A stretch of 64,000 nucleotides of DNA from Bdellovibrionales bacterium (GTDB lineage: Bacteria > Bdellovibrionota > Bdellovibrionia > Bdellovibrionales > UBA1609). A program made the position numbers and the translations under genes. Under the pieces are notes generated by a model, which did not search any database, was not told where the DNA came from, and worked only from the letters and a program-made list of their open reading frames with translations. Shown here piece after piece: positions 20,226 through 31,465 of this stretch. How positions within the stretch are numbered: position 1 is the first letter of the stretch; every line of letters starts with the position of its first letter. Location of the stretch: the NCBI GenBank assembly GCA_050246815.1, contig JBFWVI010000002.1:1-64000 (forward strand), read 5' to 3'.

Positions 20226-20993
20226 CTAGATTTCGGGATGCAGAGCCCGCTTTGCCAGGGATTGCAGCCATTTATTCTTACGCGGGTGGCGGGAATGGCG
20301 CTCGGTTTGGTGCGAAAGGCGGATGAATTCCAGCTGCTGTTCGACCATTTTGTCGAACACATAAAGCAATCGATCGTGTTCGCGCGAGGCCACATCAAAA
20401 CCAACTATCGGGCCCAGCAGTTCGATGGTTTGATGAATGGCTTCCAAAGTGGAAATGCAGTGGGCTTTAGGCTGTTGGCGCACGCGAAAGCGCGAGGGTC
20501 GTTCGGGCGTGAAACAAATCTGGGGCACTTGGTGCAAATTAATGCTGCGGCGGAGAGTTTTTTTTGCCGTGCTCCAGGTGCCATCGATCACAAAGATCAA
20601 AGGCTTTTTACCTGCGGGGAAAAGGGCCGTTCTTTCTGCGGTCGACAAAGAGCTTAAGTTAGTTGAGCGTTGGCCGGGGTACAAAATCACGGGATGAAAC
20701 TGGGGATCCGCAAGTAACGCATTCACACGCAGGTCGTGGCTGTAGTCGTAACCCATCAGCAGATCCGAATTTTGCAAACACAAGTGCGACATACGGCCGG
20801 TGGCGATTCGGCGATGGACTTCAAGACGATGAATCAAAATCGCGAATTTAAGTTTGGGATCGAAAGTTTGAACGTGGACACAATAGCAGGTTCGCTCGGG
20901 CTGCAGACATTTGATGCACAGTTTTCGGCCAGGAAGACTTCGTTGAGCCAGATTTTGCTGTTCGCGTCGCGCCAGATACTGCTGCACATTCAT
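20226..20993 (-). CDS. DTW-domain tRNA aminocarboxypropyltransferase (TapT/YfiP-like)
   Basis: CIKC..CYC zinc motif, IDGTW, STLEA. Confidence 0.9.
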   Translation of the reverse strand: MNVQQYLARREQQNLAQRSLPGRKLCIKCLQPERTCYCVHVQTFDPKLKFAILIHRLEVHRRIATGRMSHLCLQNSDLLMGYDYSHDLRVNALLADPQFHPVILYPGQRSTNLSSLSTAERTALFPAGKKPLIFVIDGTWSTAKKTLRRSINLHQVPQICFTPERPSRFRVRQQPKAHCISTLEAIHQTIELLGPIVGFDVASREHDRLLYVFDKMVEQQLEFIRLSHQTERHSRHPRKNKWLQSLAKRALHPEI

Positions 20994-21146
20994 GTTCAAA
21001 TGCTACTGAGGACCGACTCAGTCCGTCCATACATTTAACTACAAGTGTGTAGATTTCTAATCAATCCATGAAAATAACTAAAAGATCAACTCGTTGAAGT
21101 TCCCCAAAAACAATTTAGCATGCCTACAAAAACATAGGGGGGGGCA

Positions 21147-24100
21147 ATGGCCCATGCGAGAGTGTCAGGCTCTAATAAAAAAAACGTAAGTGGCACGCCT
21201 TCCACCAATGGACCACGCCCCCGTTACAAATTCAAGACTTCAACCGCAGGTAAAGTATCTGAAAACGAAGTGTACACCACAGGGCCATTGGCCGGAGAGC
21301 GCGAGCAATTGCGCGCGCTTTTGCAAATGGTCAAAGCTATGCGCCAGGGCAACTTTGATTTGCATTTCAGCGCAGCAACGGACGGTTTGATCAGCGAAGT
21401 GGGCGAAGTTTTAAACGACATCATCGAGATCAATCGCAACATGGCCGAAGAATTTATCCGTGTCAGTAAAATGGTCGGCCAAGAGGGCCGAATGAATGAA
21501 CGCGCTTCAATCGGAATTGTAAAAGGATCTTGGGCCACAACAATCGGATCTTTTAACTCGATCATCGGCGACCTTGTGCAACCGACAAATGAGGTGGCGC
21601 GAGTGATCACCTCGGTGGCCAAGGGCGATTTGTCGCAAAAGATGTCGCTTGAAATCGATGGCCGTCCCGTGAAAGGGGAGTTCTACCGGATCGGAACCAC
21701 GGTGAATCAGATGGTGGATCAATTGAACTCGTTTGCATCCGAGGTGACGAGGGTGGCGAAAGAGGTGGGCACTGAAGGCCGTTTGGGTGGTCAGGCCGAC
21801 GTGAAAGGTGTCAGCGGCACTTGGAAAGATTTAACTGACAATGTGAACGTATTGGCCGGCAACTTGACGTCCCAGGTACGCAATATCGCCAAGGTGACCA
21901 CCGCAGTGGCGAAGGGTGACTTATCGCAAAAAATCACGGTGGACGCCAAAGGTGAGGTTTTTGAGTTGAAGAACACCATCAATGTGATGGTGGATCAGCT
22001 GTCTTCATTCGCCGCCGAGGTCACCCGTGTGGCGAAAGAAGTGGGAACCGAAGGTCGTTTGGGTGGCCAGGCCGACGTGAAAGGCGTTAGCGGCACTTGG
22101 AAAGATTTAACTGACAACGTGAACGGTCTTGCCAACAATTTGACCGCACAGGTGCGCAACATCGCGAAAGTAACCACGGCGGTGGCGACAGGTGATTTGT
22201 CGCAAAAAATCACCGTTGATGCACGCGGCGAGATTCTGGAGCTAAAAAACACCATCAACACCATGGTGGACACCTTGCGCTCTTTCGCGGCAGAAGTGAC
22301 TCGTGTGGCGAAAGAGGTGGGCACCGAGGGGCGACTTGGTGGTCAAGCCGATGTGAAGGGTGTCAGCGGCACCTGGCGCGATTTGACAGACAATGTGAAC
22401 CAACTCGCCAACAATCTAACGGCCCAGGTTCGCAACATCGCGAAAGTGACCACGGCGGTGGCGACGGGTGACTTGTCACAAAAAATCACTGTGGACGCGA
22501 AAGGTGAAATCTTAGAACTCAAAGACACCATCAATACCATGGTGGAGACGCTTCGCTCCTTCGCGGCGGAAGTGACTCGTGTGGCAAAAGAGGTGGGCAC
22601 AGAGGGAAAGTTGGGTGGCCAGGCGGATGTGAAGGGTGTCAGCGGCACTTGGAAGGATTTGACCGACAACGTGAACGCCATGGCCTCGAACCTCACCGTT
22701 CAGTTGCGTGACGTATCAAAAGTGGCAACGGCCATCGCCAACGGCGACATGGGCCAAAAAATCACTGTGGATGTGCGAGGCGAAATTCTTCAGATCAAAG
22801 ACGTGATCAACAAGATGGTGGACCAGCTGTCGTCGTTCGCCTCCGAGGTGACTCGTGTGGCGAAAGAGGTGGGCACCGAAGGGAAACTGGGTGGCCAGGC
22901 CGATGTGAAAGGCGTTCGTGGCACTTGGAAGGATTTGACCGACAATGTGAACGTGTTGGCTGGCAACTTAACCAACCAAGTGCGCAATATCGCCAAAGTG
23001 ACGACCGCAGTCGCCAAAGGCGATTTGTCGCAAAAGATCACGGTGGATGCCCGGGGCGAAATTTTAGAACTTAAAAGCACGATCAACACCATGGTGGATC
23101 AGCTGAACTCATTCGCCGCCGAGGTCACCCGTGTGGCGAAAGAAGTGGGAACCGAAGGTAAGCTTGGCGGTCAAGCCCAGGTGAAAGGCGTCAGCGGAAC
23201 GTGGAAAGATTTGACAGACAATGTGAACCAACTTGCCGGCAACTTAACGTCGCAGGTTCGTAACATCGCCAAGGTGACCACTGCGGTTGCCAATGGTGAC
23301 TTGTCGCAAAAAATCACTGTGGATGCGCGTGGTGAAATTTTTGAACTGAAAAACACCATCAACGTGATGGTGGACACTCTGCGCTCCTTTGCCTCTGAGG
23401 TGACCCGTGTGGCTAAAGAGGTGGGCACCGAAGGCAAGCTTGGCGGTCAGGCCGATGTGAAAGGTGTTAGCGGCACTTGGAAAGATTTAACCGACAACGT
23501 AAACGTGCTGGCGGGAAATTTGACCAACCAAGTGCGCAACATCGCCAAAGTGACGACCGCGGTCGCCAAGGGCGATTTGTCGCAAAAAATCACAGTGGAT
23601 GTGAAAGGCGAAATTTTAGAACTAAAAAACACTATCAACACGATGGTGGATCAGCTGAACTCGTTCGCAGCCGAAGTGACCCGTGTGGCGAAAGAGGTGG
23701 GTACCGAAGGTAAGCTTGGTGGCCAGGCTGACGTGAAAGGTGTTAGCGGCACCTGGAAAGATTTAACCGACAACGTGAACGCTATGGCTTCGAACCTAAC
23801 GGTTCAACTTCGTGACGTGTCAAAGGTTGCGACCGCAATCGCCAGTGGGGATTTGGGGCAAAAGATCACCGTGGACGCCAAAGGCGAAATTTTGCAGATC
23901 AAAGATGTGATCAACAAGATGGTAGACCAGTTGTCGTCGTTCGCCTCTGAGGTGACGAGGGTGGCGAAAGAGGTAGGCACTGATGGCAAACTGGGGGGGC
24001 AGGCAGAAGTGCGCGGTGTCAGCGGCACTTGGAAAGACTTAACCGACAACGTGAACTTTATGGCCACCAACCTGACCAAACAAGTGCGCGGGATCATCAA

Positions 24101-26654
24101 AGTGGTGACCGCGGTGGCGAACGGGGACTTGAATCAAAAATTTGTTCTTGAGGCTAAGGGTGAGGTCGCAGCTCTTGCTGAAACCATCAATTCGATGGTG
24201 GACACATTGAGAACCTTCGCCGATCAAGTGACTTCAGTTGCTCGCGAAGTGGGCATTGAAGGCAAGCTGGGGGCTCAGGCCCGGGTGCCAGGTGTGGCCG
24301 GAACCTGGAAAGACTTGACCGACAATGTGAATTTTATGGCTTCGAATCTGACCAAACAAGTGCGCGGGATCATCAAGGTAGTGACTGCGGTGGCGAACGG
24401 GGACTTGAATCAAAAATTTGTTCTTGAAGCCAAGGGTGAAGTGGCGGCTCTTGCTGAAACCATCAATAACATGACCGACACGCTGGGCATTTTCGCCGAT
24501 CAAGTGACTTCGGTCGCTCGCGAAGTGGGCATTGAAGGCAAGCTGGGTGGCCAGGCCAAGGTGCCAGGCGCCGCCGGTACTTGGAAGGATTTGACCGACA
24601 ACGTGAACCAGTTGGCGGGCAACTTAACTTCACAAGTGCGAGCGATCGCTGAAGTGTCGACTGCTGTGACAAAAGGTGATTTGACAAGGTCGGTGACAGT
24701 GGAAGCGCAAGGCGAAGTTGCCGCCTTGAAAGACAATATCAACCAGATGATCGGCAACCTTAAAGACACCACGCAAAAGAACAACGAACAAGATTGGCTG
24801 AAAACCAATTTGGCGAAATTTTCAGGCATGATGCAGGGTCAACGCAGCATCACAGCTGTGGCCCAATTGGTCATGTCCGAATTGACCCCGTTGATCGACG
24901 CACAGCACGGCACCTTCTTTATGATGGAGCAAGAAGATGGAGAGACCTATTTAAACCTGGTGGCCAGTTATGGTTTCACTGTGCGCAAAAATGTCGCCAA
25001 CAAATACAAGGTCAAAGAGGGGCTGGTGGGGCAGTGCGCTTTTGAGAAGAAAAAAATCATGCTCACAAACATTCCCGAGGACTATATCTCGATCGCCTCA
25101 AGTCTTGGCGAGCACAAGCCTTATAGCGTAGTTGTACTGCCGGTTCTATTTGAAGGGGAGCTTAAAGCCATCATTGAACTGGCTTCGTTTACACAGTTTA
25201 CACCCAACTACCTGAACTTCTTGGATCAGCTGATGGATTCTATTGGTGTGATCTTGAATATGATTTCAAGTAGTATGCGTACGGAGGAACTCTTACAAGA
25301 ACTTCAGCGTTCAAATGCCGAGCTGGAAGCCCAAGCCAAAGAGCTGGAAGACAAAGCCAAGCTGCTTGAAGTAAAAAACAGCGAGGTCGAATTGGCCAGT
25401 CGTTCTTTAGAAGAAAAGGCCGAACAGCTGTCGATGATATCGAAGTACAAGTCTGAGTTCTTGGCCAATATGTCGCATGAGCTGCGCACGCCCTTAAATA
25501 GCCTATTGATTCTGTCGAAGACTTTGGCTGAAAACAAAGACAAGAATTTGACCAGCGAACAAGTCAAATTTGCCAACACCGTGTATTCCGCGGGCAATGA
25601 CCTTTTGTCCTTGATCAACGAGATCTTGGATTTGTCGAAAGTCGAAGCGGGCAAAATGCCGATTGAGCCACGCGAAGTCGCCATTAGTGAGGTTCGGGAA
25701 AATATCGAGCAAAACTTTCGGCCCGTTGCCGAGCACAAGGGGCTAGAGTTTATCGCTGAAATTGGACCCGCTGTGCCGAAGATATTATTCACAGACAATA
25801 ATCGTTTGCATCAGATTCTGAAAAACTTATTGTCGAATGCGTTCAAATTCACAGCTCAAGGCACCGTGACCTTACATGTTTCTAGTCCTGATAAACACCG
25901 CGTTTACCCAATGGAAAGTTTAAATCAAGCCAAGCGTGTGGTGGCCTTTTCGGTGACCGACACGGGCATTGGCATTCCGGCAGAAAAACAAAAATTGATT
26001 TTTGAGGCCTTCCAACAAGCCGATGGCACCACCAGCCGCAAATATGGTGGAACAGGTTTAGGGCTGACGATCAGTCGTGAAATTGCATTGTTACTGGGGG
26101 GCTATATTGAAGTTAAAAGTCAGCCGGAGCAGGGCAGCACGTTCACCTTGTATTTGCCACAGCGCTACAAGGGCGCGGCAGAAGTTTTGAATGCCCATTC
26201 ATCAGATAGTGCGGAAGCAATACCGCCACTGCCAGAAGGCGTGGATTTCAGAGGGCGTCGCGTGCTTTTGGTCGATGATGATATGCGCAACATTTTCGCT
26301 TTGACCAGCATTTTGGAAGCACGAGGGATCAAGGTCAGTTATGCCGAAAATGGCAAGGTAGGGTTGAAGATGCTTCAAGACAAGGGCAATTTTGATTTAG
26401 TTCTTATGGACGTCATGATGCCCGAAATGGACGGCATTGAGGCCACACAAAAAATTCGTCAGATGAATAAATTCAAAGAATTGCCGATCATTACTTTAAC
26501 CGCTAAGGCGATGAAAGGCGACCGTGAGAAGTGTCTGGCCGCAGGAGCTTCGGACTACATCACCAAACCAGTGGATGATCAAAGGCTTTTGTCGATGATG
26601 AATATGTGGCTCAAGAAAGCAGATGAGCAGAAGGCCAATGCACGCGCACACTGA
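21147..26654 (+). CDS. Soluble poly-HAMP GAF hybrid histidine kinase (group III HHK/OsaA-like)
   Basis: No TM segment; 11 near-identical plus 1 degenerate 92-aa double-HAMP units; [17 protein letters not shown]; HATPase boxes; C-terminal REC (LVDDD...LMDVMMP...TKP). Confidence 0.95.
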   Translation: MAHARVSGSNKKNVSGTPSTNGPRPRYKFKTSTAGKVSENEVYTTGPLAGEREQLRALLQMVKAMRQGNFDLHFSAATDGLISEVGEVLNDIIEINRNMAEEFIRVSKMVGQEGRMNERASIGIVKGSWATTIGSFNSIIGDLVQPTNEVARVITSVAKGDLSQKMSLEIDGRPVKGEFYRIGTTVNQMVDQLNSFASEVTRVAKEVGTEGRLGGQADVKGVSGTWKDLTDNVNVLAGNLTSQVRNIAKVTTAVAKGDLSQKITVDAKGEVFELKNTINVMVDQLSSFAAEVTRVAKEVGTEGRLGGQADVKGVSGTWKDLTDNVNGLANNLTAQVRNIAKVTTAVATGDLSQKITVDARGEILELKNTINTMVDTLRSFAAEVTRVAKEVGTEGRLGGQADVKGVSGTWRDLTDNVNQLANNLTAQVRNIAKVTTAVATGDLSQKITVDAKGEILELKDTINTMVETLRSFAAEVTRVAKEVGTEGKLGGQADVKGVSGTWKDLTDNVNAMASNLTVQLRDVSKVATAIANGDMGQKITVDVRGEILQIKDVINKMVDQLSSFASEVTRVAKEVGTEGKLGGQADVKGVRGTWKDLTDNVNVLAGNLTNQVRNIAKVTTAVAKGDLSQKITVDARGEILELKSTINTMVDQLNSFAAEVTRVAKEVGTEGKLGGQAQVKGVSGTWKDLTDNVNQLAGNLTSQVRNIAKVTTAVANGDLSQKITVDARGEIFELKNTINVMVDTLRSFASEVTRVAKEVGTEGKLGGQADVKGVSGTWKDLTDNVNVLAGNLTNQVRNIAKVTTAVAKGDLSQKITVDVKGEILELKNTINTMVDQLNSFAAEVTRVAKEVGTEGKLGGQADVKGVSGTWKDLTDNVNAMASNLTVQLRDVSKVATAIASGDLGQKITVDAKGEILQIKDVINKMVDQLSSFASEVTRVAKEVGTDGKLGGQAEVRGVSGTWKDLTDNVNFMATNLTKQVRGIIKVVTAVANGDLNQKFVLEAKGEVAALAETINSMVDTLRTFADQVTSVAREVGIEGKLGAQARVPGVAGTWKDLTDNVNFMASNLTKQVRGIIKVVTAVANGDLNQKFVLEAKGEVAALAETINNMTDTLGIFADQVTSVAREVGIEGKLGGQAKVPGAAGTWKDLTDNVNQLAGNLTSQVRAIAEVSTAVTKGDLTRSVTVEAQGEVAALKDNINQMIGNLKDTTQKNNEQDWLKTNLAKFSGMMQGQRSITAVAQLVMSELTPLIDAQHGTFFMMEQEDGETYLNLVASYGFTVRKNVANKYKVKEGLVGQCAFEKKKIMLTNIPEDYISIASSLGEHKPYSVVVLPVLFEGELKAIIELASFTQFTPNYLNFLDQLMDSIGVILNMISSSMRTEELLQELQRSNAELEAQAKELEDKAKLLEVKNSEVELASRSLEEKAEQLSMISKYKSEFLANMSHELRTPLNSLLILSKTLAENKDKNLTSEQVKFANTVYSAGNDLLSLINEILDLSKVEAGKMPIEPREVAISEVRENIEQNFRPVAEHKGLEFIAEIGPAVPKILFTDNNRLHQILKNLLSNAFKFTAQGTVTLHVSSPDKHRVYPMESLNQAKRVVAFSVTDTGIGIPAEKQKLIFEAFQQADGTTSRKYGGTGLGLTISREIALLLGGYIEVKSQPEQGSTFTLYLPQRYKGAAEVLNAHSSDSAEAIPPLPEGVDFRGRRVLLVDDDMRNIFALTSILEARGIKVSYAENGKVGLKMLQDKGNFDLVLMDVMMPEMDGIEATQKIRQMNKFKELPIITLTAKAMKGDREKCLAAGASDYITKPVDDQRLLSMMNMWLKKADEQKANARAH
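21744..24780 (+). repeat. In-frame 276-bp tandem repeat array (HAMP pairs); outer boundaries approximate
   Basis: The Trp codon of GTW(K/R)DLTDNVN recurs at 21822, 22098 ... 24582, exactly 276 bp apart, 11 copies. Confidence 0.95.
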
Positions 26655-28686
26655 TGGAAAGGTTAACATCTTAATCGTGGATGATCGTGCCGAAGGTCTG
26701 ATGGCGCTTGAGGCGGTTCTGTCGAGTTCACTTTACAACATTGTGCGCGCGTCCTCTGGCAAAGAGGCTTTGGCGCGCGTGTTAAAGTATGATTTTGCGG
26801 TGATTTTGATGGATGTGCAGATGCCGGACATGGATGGTTTTGAAACCGTTCACGTTATTAAGCAACGTGAAAAATCAAAAGACATACCGGTGATTTTTTT
26901 GACAGCAATCAGCAAAGATCAAAGCTTCGTGCATCAAGGGTATCGAACAGGCGCTGTCGATTATATTTTTAAGCCCTTTGATCCGGTTGTGCTTTCGGCT
27001 AAGGTGGCCATGTTTGTGGATCTGTATATGAAGAACCAAAAAATTCGTGCGCAAGCGGCACAACTGCGTGATGCCGAACAGCGCGAACGCAGCCAGCAAT
27101 TGGCCACCCTGCAGCTTGAAAGTCTGAACCGCTACCGCCTTCTGGCGGATGCGATTCCGCATATCATTTGGAAGTTTTTGGCCGATGGAACTTTGGAGTA
27201 TTGCAATCGATTGTGGCAAAACTACTCTGGCCTGACGCTCGAGCAGAGTTCTGGTAAAGGTTGGCAAACTGCGGTGTTTCCCGAGGATTTGGGTAAACTT
27301 TTGAAGTTGCTATATCACGGGCAGGAGACACGCGAACCCTTTGAAACCGAATGCCGTCTATTGGGCGCGAGTGACAATTTTTTTCGTTGGCATATGTTTC
27401 GAGCTGTGCCCGAGTTTTTACCGAATGGAGAAGTGAGTGCATGGATTGTGACCAACACCGACATTGAAGATCGAAAAAAAATCGAGATTGACTTGATTCG
27501 CGCTAAAGAAGAGGCCGCCGCGGCCAGTCAGGCCAAGAGCGCCTTTTTGGCCAATATGAGTCACGAAATTCGCACTCCGCTTGGTATCGTTTTGGGTTTT
27601 GCAGAGCTTCTGGCCAATTCTGACACCACATATGCTCAGCGAGAAGAATATCTGTTGACCCTTAAGCGAAATGGCGAGCTGTTGTCCCGCTTAATCGGTG
27701 ATATCTTAGACTTGTCGAAAGTGGAGGCAGGTCATTTACATGTTGAAAAGGTTCAGTTTTCATTGCCAGATTTTTTGCGCAGCGCCAATCAATCCTTTGA
27801 GCATCAAGCCAGCGAAAAGCATATTCGTCTGACGACTCACCTGAAGGGTCCTATTCCCACCACGATCACATCTGACCCCATGCGGTTGCGCCAGATTTTA
27901 TTCAACGTTGTTTCTAATGCGATTAAATTCACCGAGCAGGGTGAAGTTCGCGTTGAAGTCGAAATGCTTTCCTTGGAGCCTGAGCTTGAAACCTTGCAGA
28001 TCACGGTGACGGACGAGGGTTTGGGCATTACGCAGGAGCAAGCGCGAAAATTATTTCAACCGTTTATTCAGGCGGATAACTCGACCACCCGCAGATTCGG
28101 TGGGACGGGGCTTGGTTTGTCGCTTTCAAGGCGCTTGGCGCGACGCTTGGAGGGTGATGTAGTCTTGGCTGAAAGGCAGCCGTCCAAGGGCAGCGCGTTC
28201 GCAATACGGATCGGCACAGGTCGGCTTGAGGGGGTTGAGATGGTACGAACTCTGGATGCCGAACGCTCTGGACCTGTCGCGCCTAACAAAAATGCGCGTG
28301 ATCGGCGCCTAGAAGGAGTGAAGGTTTTGGTGGTCGAAGATGCGCCTGAGAATCAATTTTTGCTACGGCATTTTTTGACAAGTGCAGGGGCAACTGTCAC
28401 AGCGGCCGAAAACGGGCAAGAGGGCGCCAATAAAGCCCTGCAAGGCGACTTCGATGTTGTTTTGATGGACATTCAAATGCCGGTTTTGGATGGCTACAAG
28501 GCCACGCGCAAGCTACGCGAGCAGGACTTTAAGAAGCCAATTTTGGCTTTGACGGCCTACGCTTTAAAAGAGGAGCGCGATCGCTGTATCGCCGCAGGCT
28601 GCAATCACCATTTGACCAAGCCCATCAATCGCGAAGAGCTGCTCAAGAGCGTGGCTCGCTACTCTCATAAAGAGGCTGTTGTTTAG
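26623..28686 (+). CDS. REC-PAS-HisKA-HATPase-REC hybrid sensor kinase
   Basis: N-terminal REC (ILIVDD, LMDVQMP), [20 protein letters not shown]-terminal REC. Overlaps the upstream kinase; start may be 26638. Confidence 0.93.
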   Translation: MSRRPMHAHTDGKVNILIVDDRAEGLMALEAVLSSSLYNIVRASSGKEALARVLKYDFAVILMDVQMPDMDGFETVHVIKQREKSKDIPVIFLTAISKDQSFVHQGYRTGAVDYIFKPFDPVVLSAKVAMFVDLYMKNQKIRAQAAQLRDAEQRERSQQLATLQLESLNRYRLLADAIPHIIWKFLADGTLEYCNRLWQNYSGLTLEQSSGKGWQTAVFPEDLGKLLKLLYHGQETREPFETECRLLGASDNFFRWHMFRAVPEFLPNGEVSAWIVTNTDIEDRKKIEIDLIRAKEEAAAASQAKSAFLANMSHEIRTPLGIVLGFAELLANSDTTYAQREEYLLTLKRNGELLSRLIGDILDLSKVEAGHLHVEKVQFSLPDFLRSANQSFEHQASEKHIRLTTHLKGPIPTTITSDPMRLRQILFNVVSNAIKFTEQGEVRVEVEMLSLEPELETLQITVTDEGLGITQEQARKLFQPFIQADNSTTRRFGGTGLGLSLSRRLARRLEGDVVLAERQPSKGSAFAIRIGTGRLEGVEMVRTLDAERSGPVAPNKNARDRRLEGVKVLVVEDAPENQFLLRHFLTSAGATVTAAENGQEGANKALQGDFDVVLMDIQMPVLDGYKATRKLREQDFKKPILALTAYALKEERDRCIAAGCNHHLTKPINREELLKSVARYSHKEAVV

Positions 28687-28979
28687 CGGGCCTTCGTCTT
28701 CATGTTTTTTTGAACGATGGCCATCATGATCATAGTGAAAGCGGCCAGGCGCAACAGATACACAGATATGTGAAACTCAGGTGTACGAGTATCGGCGGTG
28801 ATCACGGGGTCACTTAAAATCATCCAAACGACTTTTTCAGCTGCCAAGAGCCAACAGGCTGCGGCAAAAAAAACAAAAAGACGATCATGAGAAGCTCGCC
28901 AGAATTTTAGAAAAAATAGTCCTGAGGCACAAAAGGCCGCCATATTCACCCCGGAAAGAAAGACGACAAGCTTGGTCAT
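28683..28979 (-). CDS. DUF5985 family small membrane protein
   Basis: GLFFLKFWRASHDRLFVFFAAACWLLA and YLLRLAAF..I..AIVQKN motifs; ATGA-coupled start at 28979. Confidence 0.8.
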   Translation of the reverse strand: MTKLVVFLSGVNMAAFCASGLFFLKFWRASHDRLFVFFAAACWLLAAEKVVWMILSDPVITADTRTPEFHISVYLLRLAAFTMIMMAIVQKNMKTKAR

Positions 28980-29239
28980 GTGACCTCCCAGATCAAACCA
29001 AATAACAGAACCGAACCGGCCAAAGCTCCACTTAGGCCGCGCCACAATGGGCCGCCAATATCCAATTCGGGAAAAATAACCAAATCAAAAAACAAAAATG
29101 TGTTGTTCAGCGCCAACAATCCAAAGCAGAGCGAGCTCCATAGCAGCAGGCTGCCACGATTCTGCTGATGGCTGCGAAACAGCAAAAAGGTGCAGGCTAA
29201 ACTCATGAAAGTGCATAGGGCGTATACGAATTCAGCCAT
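28976..29239 (-). CDS. DUF5985 family small membrane protein
   Basis: VYALC..MSLAC..LLFR, LLLWSSLCF..LALNN, LLFGLIWE; GGAG RBS. Confidence 0.8.
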   Translation of the reverse strand: MAEFVYALCTFMSLACTFLLFRSHQQNRGSLLLWSSLCFGLLALNNTFLFFDLVIFPELDIGGPLWRGLSGALAGSVLLFGLIWEVT

Positions 29240-29642
29240 TTTCGTCTCCATAGTCGCTCCTTTTGGGGTTGGTAATTCGAAAAGAGTCAGAAAAATCTTT
29301 AGCTTTTTTAAGGGGCGAAAAAATCAATTCCAACACGCGGTGTCTTTGAATTTTATAGGTTTGATCCAAATCTTCGATGGCCATGTGTGCCTGCGATTTC
29401 GTGTTGTACTGATAACTTGATCCTGCATCGCCAGTGGCTAAAATTAATCTGTTGTGCTGCAAGGTCTGTAAACGTTTCTGCACAGAGTTGATATTGGAGC
29501 GCAATTGCTGACTGATTTCGGCGGCTGTCCACTTTTTGGACGGATCGGCATGGGTCAGAAGAAGAATTTCCAGCAATTCGACTGAATCCACGTATTCGTA
29601 TATGAAATTTCGTACCCTCTCGGGTACTTTTTCCCCGGGCAA
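29232..29642 (-). CDS. Winged-helix-like hypothetical protein
   Basis: FIYEYVDSVELLEILLL, WTAAEISQQL..V.KRLQTL helix-turn-helix, FSDSFRI tail; TTG start with GAGGAG RBS. Confidence 0.7.
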   Translation of the reverse strand: MPGEKVPERVRNFIYEYVDSVELLEILLLTHADPSKKWTAAEISQQLRSNINSVQKRLQTLQHNRLILATGDAGSSYQYNTKSQAHMAIEDLDQTYKIQRHRVLELIFSPLKKAKDFSDSFRITNPKRSDYGDENG

Positions 29643-29748
29643 AACAGGCTCCTCGGCAAAGAAACTTGCCCCATAGGTGTAACAAAAGGTTTTATTCGAT
29701 CAAAGTGAAGAACAAAGTGTGCTCAAATCTAAACATGCATGACGCGAG

Positions 29749-30390
29749 GTGAATTTGGATTTACTCAAGCATGAGATTTTGATTCAAAAGAAATTAACCA
29801 GTCTCAATCAGGGGGAAGACCCGGCGCATGACTTTTTGCATTTAAAACGCGTCGTCAAAACAGCTTGGACGCTGACCAAGCAAGAGGGGGCGGATTGGGC
29901 GGTGGTTATGCCGGCAGCTTGGCTGCACGATATGGTGGTGATTGCGAAAAATGATTCAAGGCGCAGTCAGGCCTCGCGCTTGTCGGGTCAGGCGGCGGCT
30001 GAATTTTTGCGACAGATCGAATACCCCGTTCAAGATCTGTCGCGCATCACCCATGCCATCGAAGCCCATAGTTTCAGCGCAGGCATTGAGCCGCAGACGA
30101 TCGAGGCCCGCATCGTGCAAGACGCGGATCGTTTGGATGGTCTAGGTGCCATCGGGGTTGCCCGCTGTTTTGCGACGGCGGGTTTGATGAAGCGGGCTTT
30201 TTATTCCGAAAAGGATCCCTTTTGCCAGACCCGTGTACCAGACGATGGGCAATTTACGGTGGATCACTTTTATAAAAAGCTTTTTGTGGTGGCCAGCACT
30301 TTAAAAACCGCGGCCGGCCAGGATGAGGGGCAAAAAAGAGTGTTTGCCATGAAAAGGTATTTAGCGGATTTGGCCTTGGAAATCAGTTGA
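29749..30390 (+). CDS. HD-domain phosphohydrolase (YedJ-like)
   Basis: AHDFLH, AWLHD, AHSFS, QDADRLDGLGAIG, HFYKKL. Confidence 0.92.
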   Translation: MNLDLLKHEILIQKKLTSLNQGEDPAHDFLHLKRVVKTAWTLTKQEGADWAVVMPAAWLHDMVVIAKNDSRRSQASRLSGQAAAEFLRQIEYPVQDLSRITHAIEAHSFSAGIEPQTIEARIVQDADRLDGLGAIGVARCFATAGLMKRAFYSEKDPFCQTRVPDDGQFTVDHFYKKLFVVASTLKTAAGQDEGQKRVFAMKRYLADLALEIS

Positions 30391-30601
30391 TACGGGTGTC
30401 TCATATCGGGATATATTTGAAATGAGGCACTTTTGACGCAACTGTGATGATTTCTCTGTCTCAAAGACAATCTTCCACCCGTTGGTCGGGTTTAAGAATG
30501 GGCGAAATTGGTGTATGATAGGGGTGCAATTGGCGCTCTCCTTCGTTCGTTGAATGCGTGTTTTGTACGTTTTTAACTTTCTGGAAACCAAGGAGATGAT
30601 C

Positions 30602-31087
30602 ATGGCCGTTCAAGTCATTTCGTTTCGTTGCGTTTTGAAAGACAAACTAGGAAGAGTGATAAGTTCAACCATTAATCAAAATGTGTTGACTCACTCTATA
30701 GAAAAAACAGGCGCCTTAAGTGCGCTGGCCAGCGGCTTGCAAGACTTGCGCAAAGGTGAAAAACGTAAAATCAGCCTGCGTGCGGATCAGGCCTATGGCT
30801 ATTACGACCCCGACTTGGTGCTGGTGCGACACAGGGAGGAATTGTCTGTCGAGGGCGACGCGATTCGACTTGGTGAGAAAGTGATTTATGCACGTGAGAA
30901 TGGTGAAGCCTCAGTTTTTCGCGTCACCGAACTTTCTAAAGACTTTGTCACCTTAGACGGCAATCATCCCTTGGCGGGCCAGGACCTGATTTTTGAGATC
31001 GAGGCCATGGATGCGAGGGCCGCGACCGAGGAAGAGATCGACAGCAGCAATTTACGTTTAGGGCCTGATCACAATTTGTTGAATTGA
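30602..31087 (+). CDS. FKBP-type peptidyl-prolyl isomerase (SlyD-like, no His-rich tail)
   Basis: QAYG, LDGNHPLAGQDLIFEIE; AGGAG RBS. Start moved to M17. Confidence 0.88.
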   Translation: MAVQVISFRCVLKDKLGRVISSTINQNVLTHSIEKTGALSALASGLQDLRKGEKRKISLRADQAYGYYDPDLVLVRHREELSVEGDAIRLGEKVIYARENGEASVFRVTELSKDFVTLDGNHPLAGQDLIFEIEAMDARAATEEEIDSSNLRLGPDHNLLN

Positions 31088-31132
31088 GGGCTGTTTTGCC
31101 CCATAATGCCTGCTTTCCCCCTCGAGGTGATT

Positions 31133-31378
31133 ATGGGTGACGATTTAAAAGCCGAAATTGAAAGACTGAAAGCTGAAAACGCGGCGCTCAAAAGCAACAA
31201 GCCGGCTCGCGGCACGCTATCCATGAAAGTCAGCGAAAAAGGCGCCTTGTCCATTTATGGAATGGGTCGGTTTCCGGTGACTCTTTACAAAGAGCAGTGG
31301 TTGAAATTGCTTGGAATCGCGGACGAAATTAAGAAATTTATCGAAGACAACGACGCGCGTCTGAAAACCAAAGAGTAA
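31133..31378 (+). CDS. Small protein: N-terminal coiled coil plus possible PC4-like domain
   Basis: AEIERLKAENAALK coiled coil; KVSEKGALSIYGMGRFPVTLYKEQW; GAGG RBS. Confidence 0.75.
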   Translation: MGDDLKAEIERLKAENAALKSNKPARGTLSMKVSEKGALSIYGMGRFPVTLYKEQWLKLLGIADEIKKFIEDNDARLKTKE

Positions 31379-31465
31379 ATTTTATTATTTTATCCTCATA
31401 TTTCTTGTGGGGGTAAAAATCACTCAATTGCCCCGCCACATGTGTTATAGCTAGCTGCAGCAAGC

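Noticed and set aside
21744..24780. Regular repeats as a CRISPR array or other non-coding array
   Set aside because: Period is 276 bp, in frame and coding, with synonymous variation; no unique spacers or cas genes.
21224..25798. Series of similar minus-strand ORFs (…[10 protein letters not shown]…[11 protein letters not shown])
   Set aside because: Antisense shadows of the 276-bp HAMP repeats, not independent genes.
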